NCBI RefSeq assembly: GCF_003231495.1
Contig: NZ_PQWO01000011.1
Location: forward strand, 1 to 32,000
Length of the DNA: 32,000 nt
Source: Acaryochloris thomasi RCC1774
GTDB lineage: Bacteria > Cyanobacteriota > Cyanobacteriia > Thermosynechococcales > Thermosynechococcaceae
Direction of reading: 5' to 3'
Position numbers and translations under genes: made by a program. The first letter of the stretch is position 1; each line of letters starts with the position of its first letter. Positions 23,816 through 32,000 of the stretch are shown piece after piece. The notes under the pieces were generated by a model. The model saw only the letters and a list, made by a program, of their open reading frames with translations. It was not told the origin of the DNA and ran no database searches.

Positions 23816-24134
23816 ATATTAGACCTCTTACATAAATCAGCGACCTCTTCTGCATTCCTCCCCTTGGCCCCTTTTTGCTTGTTCAAGTTAACGACATCTG
23901 GTTACAGCAAATATTGATGAAATTTGGCCCATCTAACGAGAAGGACTTTCCTCGAGTGGTGCATTTTTGAAACATTGAGCCGCATTTTTGGCTATTCCCG
24001 TCGCATGAATATCAACTTATTGTATGAGCAGGCTACCGACCCAGTTCAAGCATTAATCTGACTCAATCTTCAACGAGACAAGAACTCAACAGCACTCGTT
24101 ACAGTGCCCCTGCTGTTTTCTCCAGAGATGAACT

Positions 24135-26288
24135 ATGAAACCGAACAACAATCAATTTGACGTAGCGATTATTGGCTCCGGTATCGCCGGTTCAACTCTG
24201 GCGTCGATTCTAGCCCGCCAAGGCCAAAAGGTGATTCTCTTTGAGGCCAGTAGTCACCCCAAGTTCGCCATCGGAGAATCCATGATCCTGGAAACCTCCG
24301 AGATCATGCGGTCAATGGCGGAGTTCTACGATGTTCCAGAACTCGCCTACTTCAGTTCTGAAAATTATTTCGAACACATCGGTACTTCCCACGGCGTTAA
24401 GCGCCACTTTAGCTACGCACACCATACCGAAGACCAACCTTTCAACAGAGATCATACGCTGCAGGCAGTGATTCCCAAGCAGCCCCACGGCCACGAACTC
24501 CATCTCTACCGGCAGGATACCGATTATTTTTTGATGACGGTCGCTATCCGCTATGGAGCGAAGGTTTTGCAGAAGACCAATATCCAGTCTGTTCATATTG
24601 ATGCTGATGGTGTGCAGTTGACTACGGATAGAGAACAAGAGTTTCAGGCGGAGTATGTTGTCGATGCTGGCGGTTTCCGGTCGCTGTTAGCTGAGAAATT
24701 CGATCTACGTCATCATGATCTACCAACCCACTCGCGGGCGATTTTTACACACATGGTTGAGGTGCCTTGCTACCACGAGGTGAGTGCAACCAAAGAGAGC
24801 TATCAGCTTCCGTTTCAATTGTCTGAAGGAACTCTGCACCATGTCTTTGAGGGGGGCTGGCTGTGGGTAATTCCCTTCAATAACCATGCGAAATCGACGA
24901 ACCCGCTTTGCAGTGTGGGTCTGATGCTAGATCCTCGAGTGCATCCCCAGCAATCTGAACTCAGTCCTGAAGCAGAGTTTTATCAATTTATTGAGCGCTT
25001 CCCTGGTATTGCTGCTCAGTTTACGCAGGCCAAGGCAGTAAGGGACTGGACGCGAACCGGACGGATTCAGTACAGCGTCAAGCAAGTGGTGGGCGATCGC
25101 AACTGTCTCCTCGGCCAAGCGGCAGGATTCATCGATCCGCTATTTTCAAAGGGACTTTATACATCGTTGTCTTGTACATCGTTGCTGGCAGACCGTTTAC
25201 TGGCCGCGCACAAGACAGGTGACTATTCTGCTTCTTTTTTCAAACCCGTCGAGGAGATGACGCTGGGATTTATTCAAGCCAATGATCATCTAGTTGCCAA
25301 TGCCTACAGATCATTTGCAGACTATCGGCTCTGGCAACCGTTTTCAGTGCTGTGGCTGTTGGGTGCGTACCTGGAATTAGTGAAACTGACGAGCGATCGC
25401 GCCCAAACTATAGACCGCTCTAACTACTATCGACGGTTACAAAATCTCAGGATGGTCGGAGGAGGCTTTCCTGAGTTTGAACGGCTTTCTCAGCAGATTT
25501 ATACACTTTTAGATGACTGCGTTACAGGTGCTTCCGTTACGCAAGTTAGTCAACAGATCAAAGCCCACCTCGATCAAACCTCTTGGATGCCCCAAACATT
25601 TAGGGCTATTTTAAACGGCAAGAATCACCTGCCGACCAGTAAGCTGCATCCCCGGTTACTGCGACGCAAGCAAGGGTTCTTCGGCACAGGGGACTATCGT
25701 ACTCACTTTTTTGCGGATAAGACTCTACCCTTCTTTATCCAATTCTATTTACGAGATAGGGCAAAGTATGGCAGCTCAGTTCTGCAGTTGAAACGCACGG
25801 CAAAACTGTGGCGACGGGGTTTGTTGCCTTCCCCTCAAGTGGGAACTGCGATAGTCTCTGATTGGCCTTCGGCCATCGCAATCTCAGCAATGGTGATCTC
25901 TGGCTTGGTGATTGGCCCCAGGATGCTGAATTCATCGCCGAATCTCGCCAGCACTGCCTCTGTCGATAAAACAGTTATGGGGCTGGTCAATTTTCTGGAT
26001 AATCCCACTGAGTTTAAGCTGGCCTGCGGGAATCATGCGGGGCAAGTTGTTGACGCTCAGGTTCAAGGCGATCGCATCACGATCAAGGTGGTTTCAGGTG
26101 GGATAGATCCTCGACGTGTCACGCTAACTGGCAGCTTGAATGAGCAGGGTGTTTTCAATGGCACTTATCAAACCGAGTTGCCTACAGGTTTAGCTTTTGG
26201 GAAGGTGCGCTTGAATTTTGATCAGGATGGTTCCGCTCAGGGCGTAAATGAGGATTGGGGAGGTGCGATCGCAATTCTCAAAATCTAA
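24135..26288 (+). CDS. Flavin-dependent halogenase-like enzyme fused to a hydrophobic segment and an uncharacterised C-terminal domain
   Basis: GxGxxG (IIGSGIAGS, aa 12-20), WxWxIP (GGWLWVIPF, aa 240-248; W242-P247 = nt 24858-24875) and FxxPxxSxG (FIDPLFSKG, aa 332-340, nt 25128-25154) are the two halogenase hallmark motifs. Hydrophobic stretch SAIAISAMVISGLVIG (~aa 579-594). The C-terminal ~110 aa (nt ~25962-26285) have no family I recognise. Confidence 0.8.
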   Translation: MKPNNNQFDVAIIGSGIAGSTLASILARQGQKVILFEASSHPKFAIGESMILETSEIMRSMAEFYDVPELAYFSSENYFEHIGTSHGVKRHFSYAHHTEDQPFNRDHTLQAVIPKQPHGHELHLYRQDTDYFLMTVAIRYGAKVLQKTNIQSVHIDADGVQLTTDREQEFQAEYVVDAGGFRSLLAEKFDLRHHDLPTHSRAIFTHMVEVPCYHEVSATKESYQLPFQLSEGTLHHVFEGGWLWVIPFNNHAKSTNPLCSVGLMLDPRVHPQQSELSPEAEFYQFIERFPGIAAQFTQAKAVRDWTRTGRIQYSVKQVVGDRNCLLGQAAGFIDPLFSKGLYTSLSCTSLLADRLLAAHKTGDYSASFFKPVEEMTLGFIQANDHLVANAYRSFADYRLWQPFSVLWLLGAYLELVKLTSDRAQTIDRSNYYRRLQNLRMVGGGFPEFERLSQQIYTLLDDCVTGASVTQVSQQIKAHLDQTSWMPQTFRAILNGKNHLPTSKLHPRLLRRKQGFFGTGDYRTHFFADKTLPFFIQFYLRDRAKYGSSVLQLKRTAKLWRRGLLPSPQVGTAIVSDWPSAIAISAMVISGLVIGPRMLNSSPNLASTASVDKTVMGLVNFLDNPTEFKLACGNHAGQVVDAQVQGDRITIKVVSGGIDPRRVTLTGSLNEQGVFNGTYQTELPTGLAFGKVRLNFDQDGSAQGVNEDWGGAIAILKI

Positions 26289-26365
26289 GTTGTGGTCATT
26301 CACGGCTTCATCGTTGGCATGACCCCACTAGACATCAAATCTAGCAGTTGCTAGATAGCAGACTG

Positions 26366-28498
26366 TTAAACAATCGCTGCCGACGGAGCCTCAATACTAG
26401 GAAGGGCATTTAGTTCTGCATCACTGAGCGGATCGCCACCCAAGTCACCATAAAGACGAGCGACCGCACCTGTGAAGCCCGCATTGTAGTCAAGGGCAAC
26501 CTCATTCGCGATGAAATCTGAGCGGATGTCCTGGTAGCCATCATCACTGGGCGAAGAAGGACCGCCCACGAGGGCACCATATAGCGTGTGTTCGTTGGGC
26601 TGTGGAGCGTTAACATCGTTAGTCCCTGACGCTCCTCTGTGGTGAGGATTGCGGGCAAAATCATCGCCAAATCCAACCAGATAGCTGAAGTCATTGGGGT
26701 TATCGCCCAAAATGTAATCAATTTGATCTCTGGAGAACTGATCGTACTGCCCGTTTTTATCATTGACGGTATCGCTATAAATCCCAGCCAAGAAAGCCGT
26801 ATTGGCGCTGTGTCGCAGCGAACCCCACTGACTGAGCCATGCTAGGCCACCGTCTGTGTAGGTCACCCCGGAACCTCCCTCTGGTGTCCAGTTGTCTAGC
26901 CAGGCTTCGACATCATTTCTGTAGATATCCTTACCCGTTGCTTGAGCCAGCAAGATGGCACCGCCAGCCGATTTGTTGTCCCAGTCCTGGGTCCAGTCTT
27001 GATTGACGCCTTCGTAGAGATTTTCGGCTTTATCCAAGTAAGCCTCATCCCCCGTTGCCTTATACAGCCAGGTGGCTCCCCAAACTAGCTCGTCATTGAA
27101 GCCGCTAAAGGAGTTATAGAAATTAGAGGCATCCGGGATGGAGTCAGAATATTTGCCGCGATAGGTATCGGCAAACTCAAAGAGCTGCTCCGCATTGGTG
27201 AGTAATTCATCTGCGTAGGCTTGATTGGTGGGCCGGAAAATCGTGGATGCCGCCGCTAAGGCTGCCGCTGCCTCGCCCGCAAGGTCAGAACCGGGGTTTT
27301 GGGCATCAATTTTGAATGCAGTTCTGGGCGCAGGTAACGACTCAGGAGATCCCCAATAAGCGTGGTCAGAGCCGCCTTCTCCCACCTGTCCCCAAAATGC
27401 GCGTGTTCCGTTGGGGCTAGAATCGTGAGCCTTGAGAATGTAATCAGTGCCCCATTTAATCGCGTCTAAGGCTTCATCTAGCTGACCACTTTGCTGATAG
27501 GCTCCTCGATACTCATTGACGCCCCACCCCAGCATGGTCATCGCCCCCGCCATCGGGAAGCCGAATTTGACGTGGTCACCTGCGTCAAAATAGCCGCCGG
27601 TTAAATCACGACCGACATCACTGCCGTCTGTAAGGGTAGAGTCACTGCGCCAAGCAATGCGGTTGTCTCTGGGAAGCGGACCGGAGCGGTTGGCTTCATA
27701 GAAAAGAAAAGACTTTTGCAGCGCCTCGCCATAGTTAAACTCTACAGCTTGAGGAGGATTTGGCGTCGGTGGATTTGGCCCAGGGGCAGGCGTGGGCGGA
27801 TCAATCGGGGGCGGTGCGGCATCGTCATCTTGAATCGTCGCGGTTCCAAACGTTTGATCCCCAAACTCAGCATTGCGAGGACGCCTGAGTCTCAAAGAGA
27901 AAGTCTCGTCCGATTCACTAATGTTGTCATCGAATAAGTTGACCCGAATGAGCTTAGAGGTTTGTCCGGGCCGGAAGACTAGCCTGCCACTGGTGCGCCT
28001 AAAGTCACTGCCTGAAGTGGCCGTGTCATTGCGGGTGGCATATCCAACGGTGACGCGCTCTTCGCTAGCCTCTGCTAGCTCTACTCTGAAGACCGCCGCA
28101 CCATCCCCCTCTGAAACAATGACATCCCCGATAGAAAGCTGAGGCAAAGGTGAGGAGGGTAGGGGCGCTGGGGGCGTCGGGGGCGTTCCTGGAGACTCTA
28201 TATCTTCTCCGTTCAGTGTGTAGCCGCTGGGTTCAGTCGTGGTCTCACCTTGACCGATAAAGCCAAACGAGACGGCATCACCTGAGGCGATGTTCTGGTT
28301 CCAGTCTAAATACTGAACAACGTAGCGGTTGCTGTTTTGACTGATGATTTCTGCATCCCAAATCTGTGTGATTTCAAAGGGGGCTTCAAATTCTAGTGTC
28401 CACCGATCTAATGAGTTTTGACCGTTGTTTGCAATGGAGATAGATCCCTGAAATCCTTGTTCCCATTGGCTCTCTACATTGAAGTCAACAAGATTCAT
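26366..28498 (-). CDS. Glycoside hydrolase family 9 endoglucanase with N-terminal CBM2-like and Calx-beta domains
   Basis: CBM2-like N-terminus (WEQGFQGSISIANNG...WTLEFEAPFEITQIWDAEI...GDAVSFGFIG). Calx-beta (LSIGDVIVSEGDGAAVFRVEL...TATSGSDF...DDNISESDETFSLRL). GH9 motifs (DLTGGYFDAGDHVKFGFPMA, NPHHRGA, DFIANEVALDYNAGF). Pro-rich linkers. Confidence 0.9.
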   Translation of the reverse strand: MNLVDFNVESQWEQGFQGSISIANNGQNSLDRWTLEFEAPFEITQIWDAEIISQNSNRYVVQYLDWNQNIASGDAVSFGFIGQGETTTEPSGYTLNGEDIESPGTPPTPPAPLPSSPLPQLSIGDVIVSEGDGAAVFRVELAEASEERVTVGYATRNDTATSGSDFRRTSGRLVFRPGQTSKLIRVNLFDDNISESDETFSLRLRRPRNAEFGDQTFGTATIQDDDAAPPPIDPPTPAPGPNPPTPNPPQAVEFNYGEALQKSFLFYEANRSGPLPRDNRIAWRSDSTLTDGSDVGRDLTGGYFDAGDHVKFGFPMAGAMTMLGWGVNEYRGAYQQSGQLDEALDAIKWGTDYILKAHDSSPNGTRAFWGQVGEGGSDHAYWGSPESLPAPRTAFKIDAQNPGSDLAGEAAAALAAASTIFRPTNQAYADELLTNAEQLFEFADTYRGKYSDSIPDASNFYNSFSGFNDELVWGATWLYKATGDEAYLDKAENLYEGVNQDWTQDWDNKSAGGAILLAQATGKDIYRNDVEAWLDNWTPEGGSGVTYTDGGLAWLSQWGSLRHSANTAFLAGIYSDTVNDKNGQYDQFSRDQIDYILGDNPNDFSYLVGFGDDFARNPHHRGASGTNDVNAPQPNEHTLYGALVGGPSSPSDDGYQDIRSDFIANEVALDYNAGFTGAVARLYGDLGGDPLSDAELNALPSIEAPSAAIV

Positions 28499-28627
28499 TC
28501 TGCCACAGATGATTATTCTACAGCCGTAGTTTACATGGGCGCGAATCTTTGATGATGTAATTCACTACACGCCTTGGTGATTTGCCACACGCCTTTATTT
28601 ATGAATCATGTTTGTAAAACGGTGCGG

Positions 28628-29293
28628 TTACCAGGGCAAACGCTCTCCATTAGCGTGCCAAAAGGTACCGGTATTTTCAAGGTTTAGTTGGTCAATGCGC
28701 GCCAGCAATCCCTGCACGGAGGTCTCTGTTGTAATGCCGTTGGTCGTAAAGTTGGTCATTCGAGTTTGGACTAAACCAGGGTGCAGAATGGCGACGGCGA
28801 TCCCTTTGGGTTTGAGGTCATGCGCTAAAGATTTGCCTGCCATGCAGAGCGACACTTTAGACATCCGGTAGCCGTAGGAGGCACCCGAGGTATTATCGTC
28901 GATGGATCCCATGCGGCTGGTCATCAAGGCTACTTTTGCCCCTGAATTGAGGTTGGGTAATAGCGCACGGGTAACCCTTAGCGGACCGATGGCATTGACT
29001 TCGAACTGCCGCCGGAGGCTATCAGCGTCAAGATTCTCTAGGTTTGTGCGCTCGACGATACCAGCGTTATTGATCAGTACATCAATGGGGCGTCCACCGA
29101 GGCACTGAACTAAGTCGGTCACGGAGGTATCTGAGGTGACATCTATACCCGTTTCAATCTGAATACCCAGCGCTTCCAGTTCTGATGAAGTGCTGCGACA
29201 GGCTGCAATCACGGTGTCACCCCGCTGCTGTAGTTGTCGACAGTACTCTAGGCCAATGCCTCGATTTGTGCCTGTAATCAGATAGGTTGCCAT
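28628..29293 (-). CDS. SDR-family oxidoreductase (CsgA/C-factor-like short form)
   Basis: MATYLITGTNRGIGLEYCRQL..., NNAG, and S...YRMSK catalytic motif. 221 aa. Confidence 0.85.
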   Translation of the reverse strand: MATYLITGTNRGIGLEYCRQLQQRGDTVIAACRSTSSELEALGIQIETGIDVTSDTSVTDLVQCLGGRPIDVLINNAGIVERTNLENLDADSLRRQFEVNAIGPLRVTRALLPNLNSGAKVALMTSRMGSIDDNTSGASYGYRMSKVSLCMAGKSLAHDLKPKGIAVAILHPGLVQTRMTNFTTNGITTETSVQGLLARIDQLNLENTGTFWHANGERLPW

Positions 29294-29537
29294 AAAAAAA
29301 ATATATCGTGAGTCTTTCTCAAGGTAGCGAAATTAATACCGTCTTTGATCATTGATTGCGGTTCTCTCGGTGCCGTATATTTGCTCTCAGTAGGGTTGGT
29401 GGCCTGGGCTAAATTTGGCACGACAGCAGTACCTAGATGAGTTCGGAGAGCTTTTCTCTGTGATAGATGGGGCATCGCTATTGAGTCCAATCAATGCCCG
29501 TACCGCTATAGCGATTGATTTACTGGAGAATAGCTGT

Positions 29538-30086
29538 ATGGCTGTGATCTCGAATGCATTAAAAGAGTGGGCGGTCGTGATCGAGGCACTGTTGGCTGGA
29601 GACACGATCCTGCTGCTGCGAAAGGGAGGCATTCGTGAGGCAAGGTTCACGGTGCCCCATATTCGGGTGCTGCTTTACCCAACCTATGAGCATCAGCGAT
29701 CGCAACTCTTAAAACCCAATATCGCTATCCCGCAAGATCCCACGCCGGGTCAGATCGCTCTATCTGCCTGGGCTCAAATTACGGATGTGCTGCAGGTGAG
29801 TGAGTTAGAACCGCTTCAAGCGCTGATGCCTTACCACCTCTGGACTGAATCGTTTGCCTATGAACGGTTTAAATGGAAGCCGAAGCAGCCCCTCTCTGTT
29901 TTGCTGTTGCGTGTCTATGCGTTAGCGAAGCCGATCAATATTCCCTACCGCGATGCTTACAGTGGCTGTCGCTCTTGGATTGAACTGGAGGGAGAAATTG
30001 AAGTGGGTGGGGCAGAACCGGTGCTAACTCAGGAGGAATATCTGTTGCGATCGCAACAGATCAAAACAGCTATCCAAACGGCCTAG
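29538..30086 (+). CDS. DUF1802-family protein
   Basis: ALKEWAVVIEALLAGDTILLLRKGGIRE...LLYPTYEHQ matches my recollection of DUF1802. ATG 29538 is preferred over the upstream TTG 29415. Confidence 0.65.
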   Translation: MAVISNALKEWAVVIEALLAGDTILLLRKGGIREARFTVPHIRVLLYPTYEHQRSQLLKPNIAIPQDPTPGQIALSAWAQITDVLQVSELEPLQALMPYHLWTESFAYERFKWKPKQPLSVLLLRVYALAKPINIPYRDAYSGCRSWIELEGEIEVGGAEPVLTQEEYLLRSQQIKTAIQTA

Positions 30087-30110
30087 CCAATCGAGAACCG
30101 AAACCAGCCA

Positions 30111-30971
30111 TTAGTTACCTGGACCGTAGCTCCCGGTCGCAGGGTTATATACATATTCAGCCGTCCGCAGACCCGAAGGATTGGCGCTTCTTGCTGAACG
30201 GTTGCCAGTATTGGAGCCACGCGAACGATTTGGCCCAGATGCGGCAGAGCCTGAAGACTCAAAGTCCATAGAGGGTAAGGAGTTAGAGGTAATCGAAGGT
30301 AGAGAGGTAGACGCTGCTGGTAAGGGGGCCGGAGGCGGGGCGTTACGGCTGACGGGTTGGCTGAGTGCTTTTGCCTCCTCGGTCAAACCGGACGTATCTC
30401 GAAGTGGGGCTGGAGCACCTGCACCCGACGGAACAGCCGACGCAGGTGGACGAGGCGCTGGTGCCGGTAAAGCTGTAGCTGGAGCCTGACTGGAGGCAGT
30501 CGGCGGTGAAAGCTGAGGAGGGAGTTGAGTTTGCTGTGCCAGCGCGGCCCTGGCTCTAGCGAGTTCTTGAGCCACACCAGAAGAAGGCTGGGTGCTGGGC
30601 AGCTCTGCTCCACCCGTGGGTAGTTCTGGCGTACCTGCAGGGATGCCGCCTGGAAGAAGCGGATTCCGAGAGGCTGCAGCTCCGCTGTTCGGGAGCGGCA
30701 GGGCTTTAGAGTTAGACGGGGGTTGAGCACCAGAGGACGGCACGGGCAGTTGAGTCGGTTGCGATAAAGGATCTAATGCGGTGTTAGGCCCCGTTAGGTT
30801 AGGTGGACGGGGGATATTGCGGCTGGGACTCGCGCTTGAACCAGCGTCAGGACTGCGGGTGATCGAGTTGGGGGTGCTGTCACAGCTTGATAGCCCGGAT
30901 ACCGTTACTGCCGCAAGTCCTAGCAGCAGAGCTTGAATAACAAGGGGATAGCGACGAAAACCGGACATCAT
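30111..30971 (-). CDS. Pro/Ser/Ala-rich low-complexity lipoprotein
   Basis: Signal peptide with lipobox (LLLGLAAVTVSGLSSC) followed by ~250 aa of P/S/A/G-rich sequence. The overlapping ORFs in other frames are composition artefacts. Confidence 0.6.
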   Translation of the reverse strand: MMSGFRRYPLVIQALLLGLAAVTVSGLSSCDSTPNSITRSPDAGSSASPSRNIPRPPNLTGPNTALDPLSQPTQLPVPSSGAQPPSNSKALPLPNSGAAASRNPLLPGGIPAGTPELPTGGAELPSTQPSSGVAQELARARAALAQQTQLPPQLSPPTASSQAPATALPAPAPRPPASAVPSGAGAPAPLRDTSGLTEEAKALSQPVSRNAPPPAPLPAASTSLPSITSNSLPSMDFESSGSAASGPNRSRGSNTGNRSARSANPSGLRTAEYVYNPATGSYGPGN

Positions 30972-31117
30972 AAATCTCTCGGGCAACAGCAGAATTAAAA
31001 TCGCCGTTCAAGTGCTGGTGAGGATAACCGATAGGGTTAAGCCACACGCCACAGAATGAGCGACTTGTCTCTAAAAATATTATATAAACCTTATTTTACT
31101 TTCTGAAAGTGATGAAC

Positions 31118-32000
31118 CTATGAAGCCTGTGGCGAATTTAAATAGCCTCTCGGCGTAATCATCCAGTTTTGATAGGTATGGGTGCTGCCGTTGCCAATTA
31201 GTACCGTCGTCAACATATCCACTGTGACCGTATGGAGCTGGCCTAGCGTTGTTAGCTGTGTGGCCTCATCCTCGCGGTAGGCCGACCGCACCACCGCCAC
31301 CGGCGTGTTGGGATCTCGATGCTCCAGCATAATGGTTTGGGCGATGGTCAACTGCTCGACCCGGAGTTGCGATCGCGGGTTATACAGCGCCGTCACAAAG
31401 TCAGCAGCAGCAGCAGCCTGCAGCCGTTTCTCAATTACCTCCCAGGGGGTCAGGCGATCGCTGAGGCTAATGGCGCAAAAGTCGTGCATCAGCGGCGTTC
31501 CCACCCGTGATGCCGCTGCCTGTAGCGCCGAGACCCCCGGAAAAATCTCGACGGCGGGGGCTCGACCGTCCCAGTTCTGCAGCTCTAGTTCTTCTAAGAC
31601 CAGGCCCGCCATCCCGTAGATGCCTGCATCTCCCGAAGAAATCATGGCCACCGTTAGACCCCAGTTAGCCAGGGCAATAGCCCGCTGCGCCCGCTGGCGT
31701 TCTTGGGTAATCGGATAGGTCTCAATCATTTGACCGGGACGGAGGCGAGACTGGACAAGATCCATGTAGAGCGAATAGCCGATCACGGCATCAGCCTGGA
31801 CGATGGCGGTCTGTGCGGCTGGCGTCATTTGGTCCAGGGAACCCGGTCCCGTGCCCACGAGATAAAGCCTTCCCTGCCGTCCTGTGAACTCTAGGGGAGA
31901 CAACGCGATCGCAACTGTTGCTGCCCCTGCTTCCTCTGCATTACGAATGATTTGCTTGGGCACAATCAGCGTGGCTGGCTCTGCCTTGAGGGACTCTGCT
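31118..32000 (-). CDS. cobJ: Precorrin-3B C17-methyltransferase (CobJ/CbiH-type), 5' end beyond the window (possibly CbiG fusion)
   Basis: RLYLVGTGPGSLDQMTPAAQTAIVQADAVIGYSLY...ISSGDAGIYGMAG...ISLSDRLTPW is the tetrapyrrole methylase signature of CobJ/CbiH. The reading frame stays open upstream of the GTG at 31963 to the window edge. Confidence 0.85.
   Translation of the reverse strand, partial: AESLKAEPATLIVPKQIIRNAEEAGAATVAIALSPLEFTGRQGRLYLVGTGPGSLDQMTPAAQTAIVQADAVIGYSLYMDLVQSRLRPGQMIETYPITQERQRAQRAIALANWGLTVAMISSGDAGIYGMAGLVLEELELQNWDGRAPAVEIFPGVSALQAAASRVGTPLMHDFCAISLSDRLTPWEVIEKRLQAAAAADFVTALYNPRSQLRVEQLTIAQTIMLEHRDPNTPVAVVRSAYREDEATQLTTLGQLHTVTVDMLTTVLIGNGSTHTYQNWMITPRGYLNSPQAS

Noticed and set aside
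26289-26365. Short hairpins (CTAGA-N7-TCTAG, CTAGC-N4-GCTAG) between the convergent halogenase and GH9 genes as terminators
   Set aside because: The stems are only 5 bp with no U-tract, too weak to call intrinsic terminators from sequence alone.
28499-28627. NtcA-like or other regulator site upstream of the GH9 gene (direct repeat CACGCCTT x2, GTA...TAC spacing)
   Set aside because: The spacing does not fit GTA-N8-TAC, and an 8-mer repeated twice is not significant on its own.
30181-30730. ORFs 30181-30489(+) and 30383-30730(-) inside the P/S/A-rich gene
   Set aside because: Composition-driven open frames in GC-rich low-complexity DNA. Only the 30111-30971 frame has a lipoprotein signal.

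Overview
The recurring HIP1 octamer GCGATCGC (e.g. 238-245, 7240-7247, 10111-10118, 16604-16611, 25093-25100, 31905-31912) marks this as cyanobacterial chromosomal DNA. The window is mostly an accessory-looking patchwork rather than a housekeeping operon. The left edge carries the 3' end of an IS1-family transposase followed by gene debris. About 7.2-23.8 kb is a regulator-dense set of small redox, carbonyl and electrophile-handling modules: two tandem Tat-signal SDRs with an aldo/keto reductase, then Crp-hydrolase-VOC-PNPOx, TetR, MBL-RidA-EamA/MarR, MarR-CDGSH-DoxX-extradiol dioxygenase, and MerR-tautomerase-MAPEG. A decayed defence islet (HepT/MNT toxin-antitoxin plus a frameshifted, truncated DUF1016 nuclease gene) is embedded in it. 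I rate six items most worth follow-up:
1. A ~110-nt element present twice (3834-3944 and 6673-6788), each directly upstream of an unrelated small gene. One of those genes encodes a secreted His/Lys-rich repeat protein.
2. An MscS-family channel with a clear C-terminal DEP domain.
3. An orphan flavin-dependent halogenase fused to a hydrophobic segment and an unknown ~110-aa C-terminal domain.
4. A CBM2/Calx-beta/GH9 cellulase with no signal peptide.
5. Two small genes below the ORF-track cutoff: a Cys-rich zinc-ribbon ORF and a DUF6888-like ORF overlapping a DUF6887-like gene.
6. Readable operator and promoter architectures for the MerR, TetR/Crp and MarR regulators.
I found no rRNA, tRNA or CRISPR array. 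All family assignments rest on motif recognition by eye. No database search was run.
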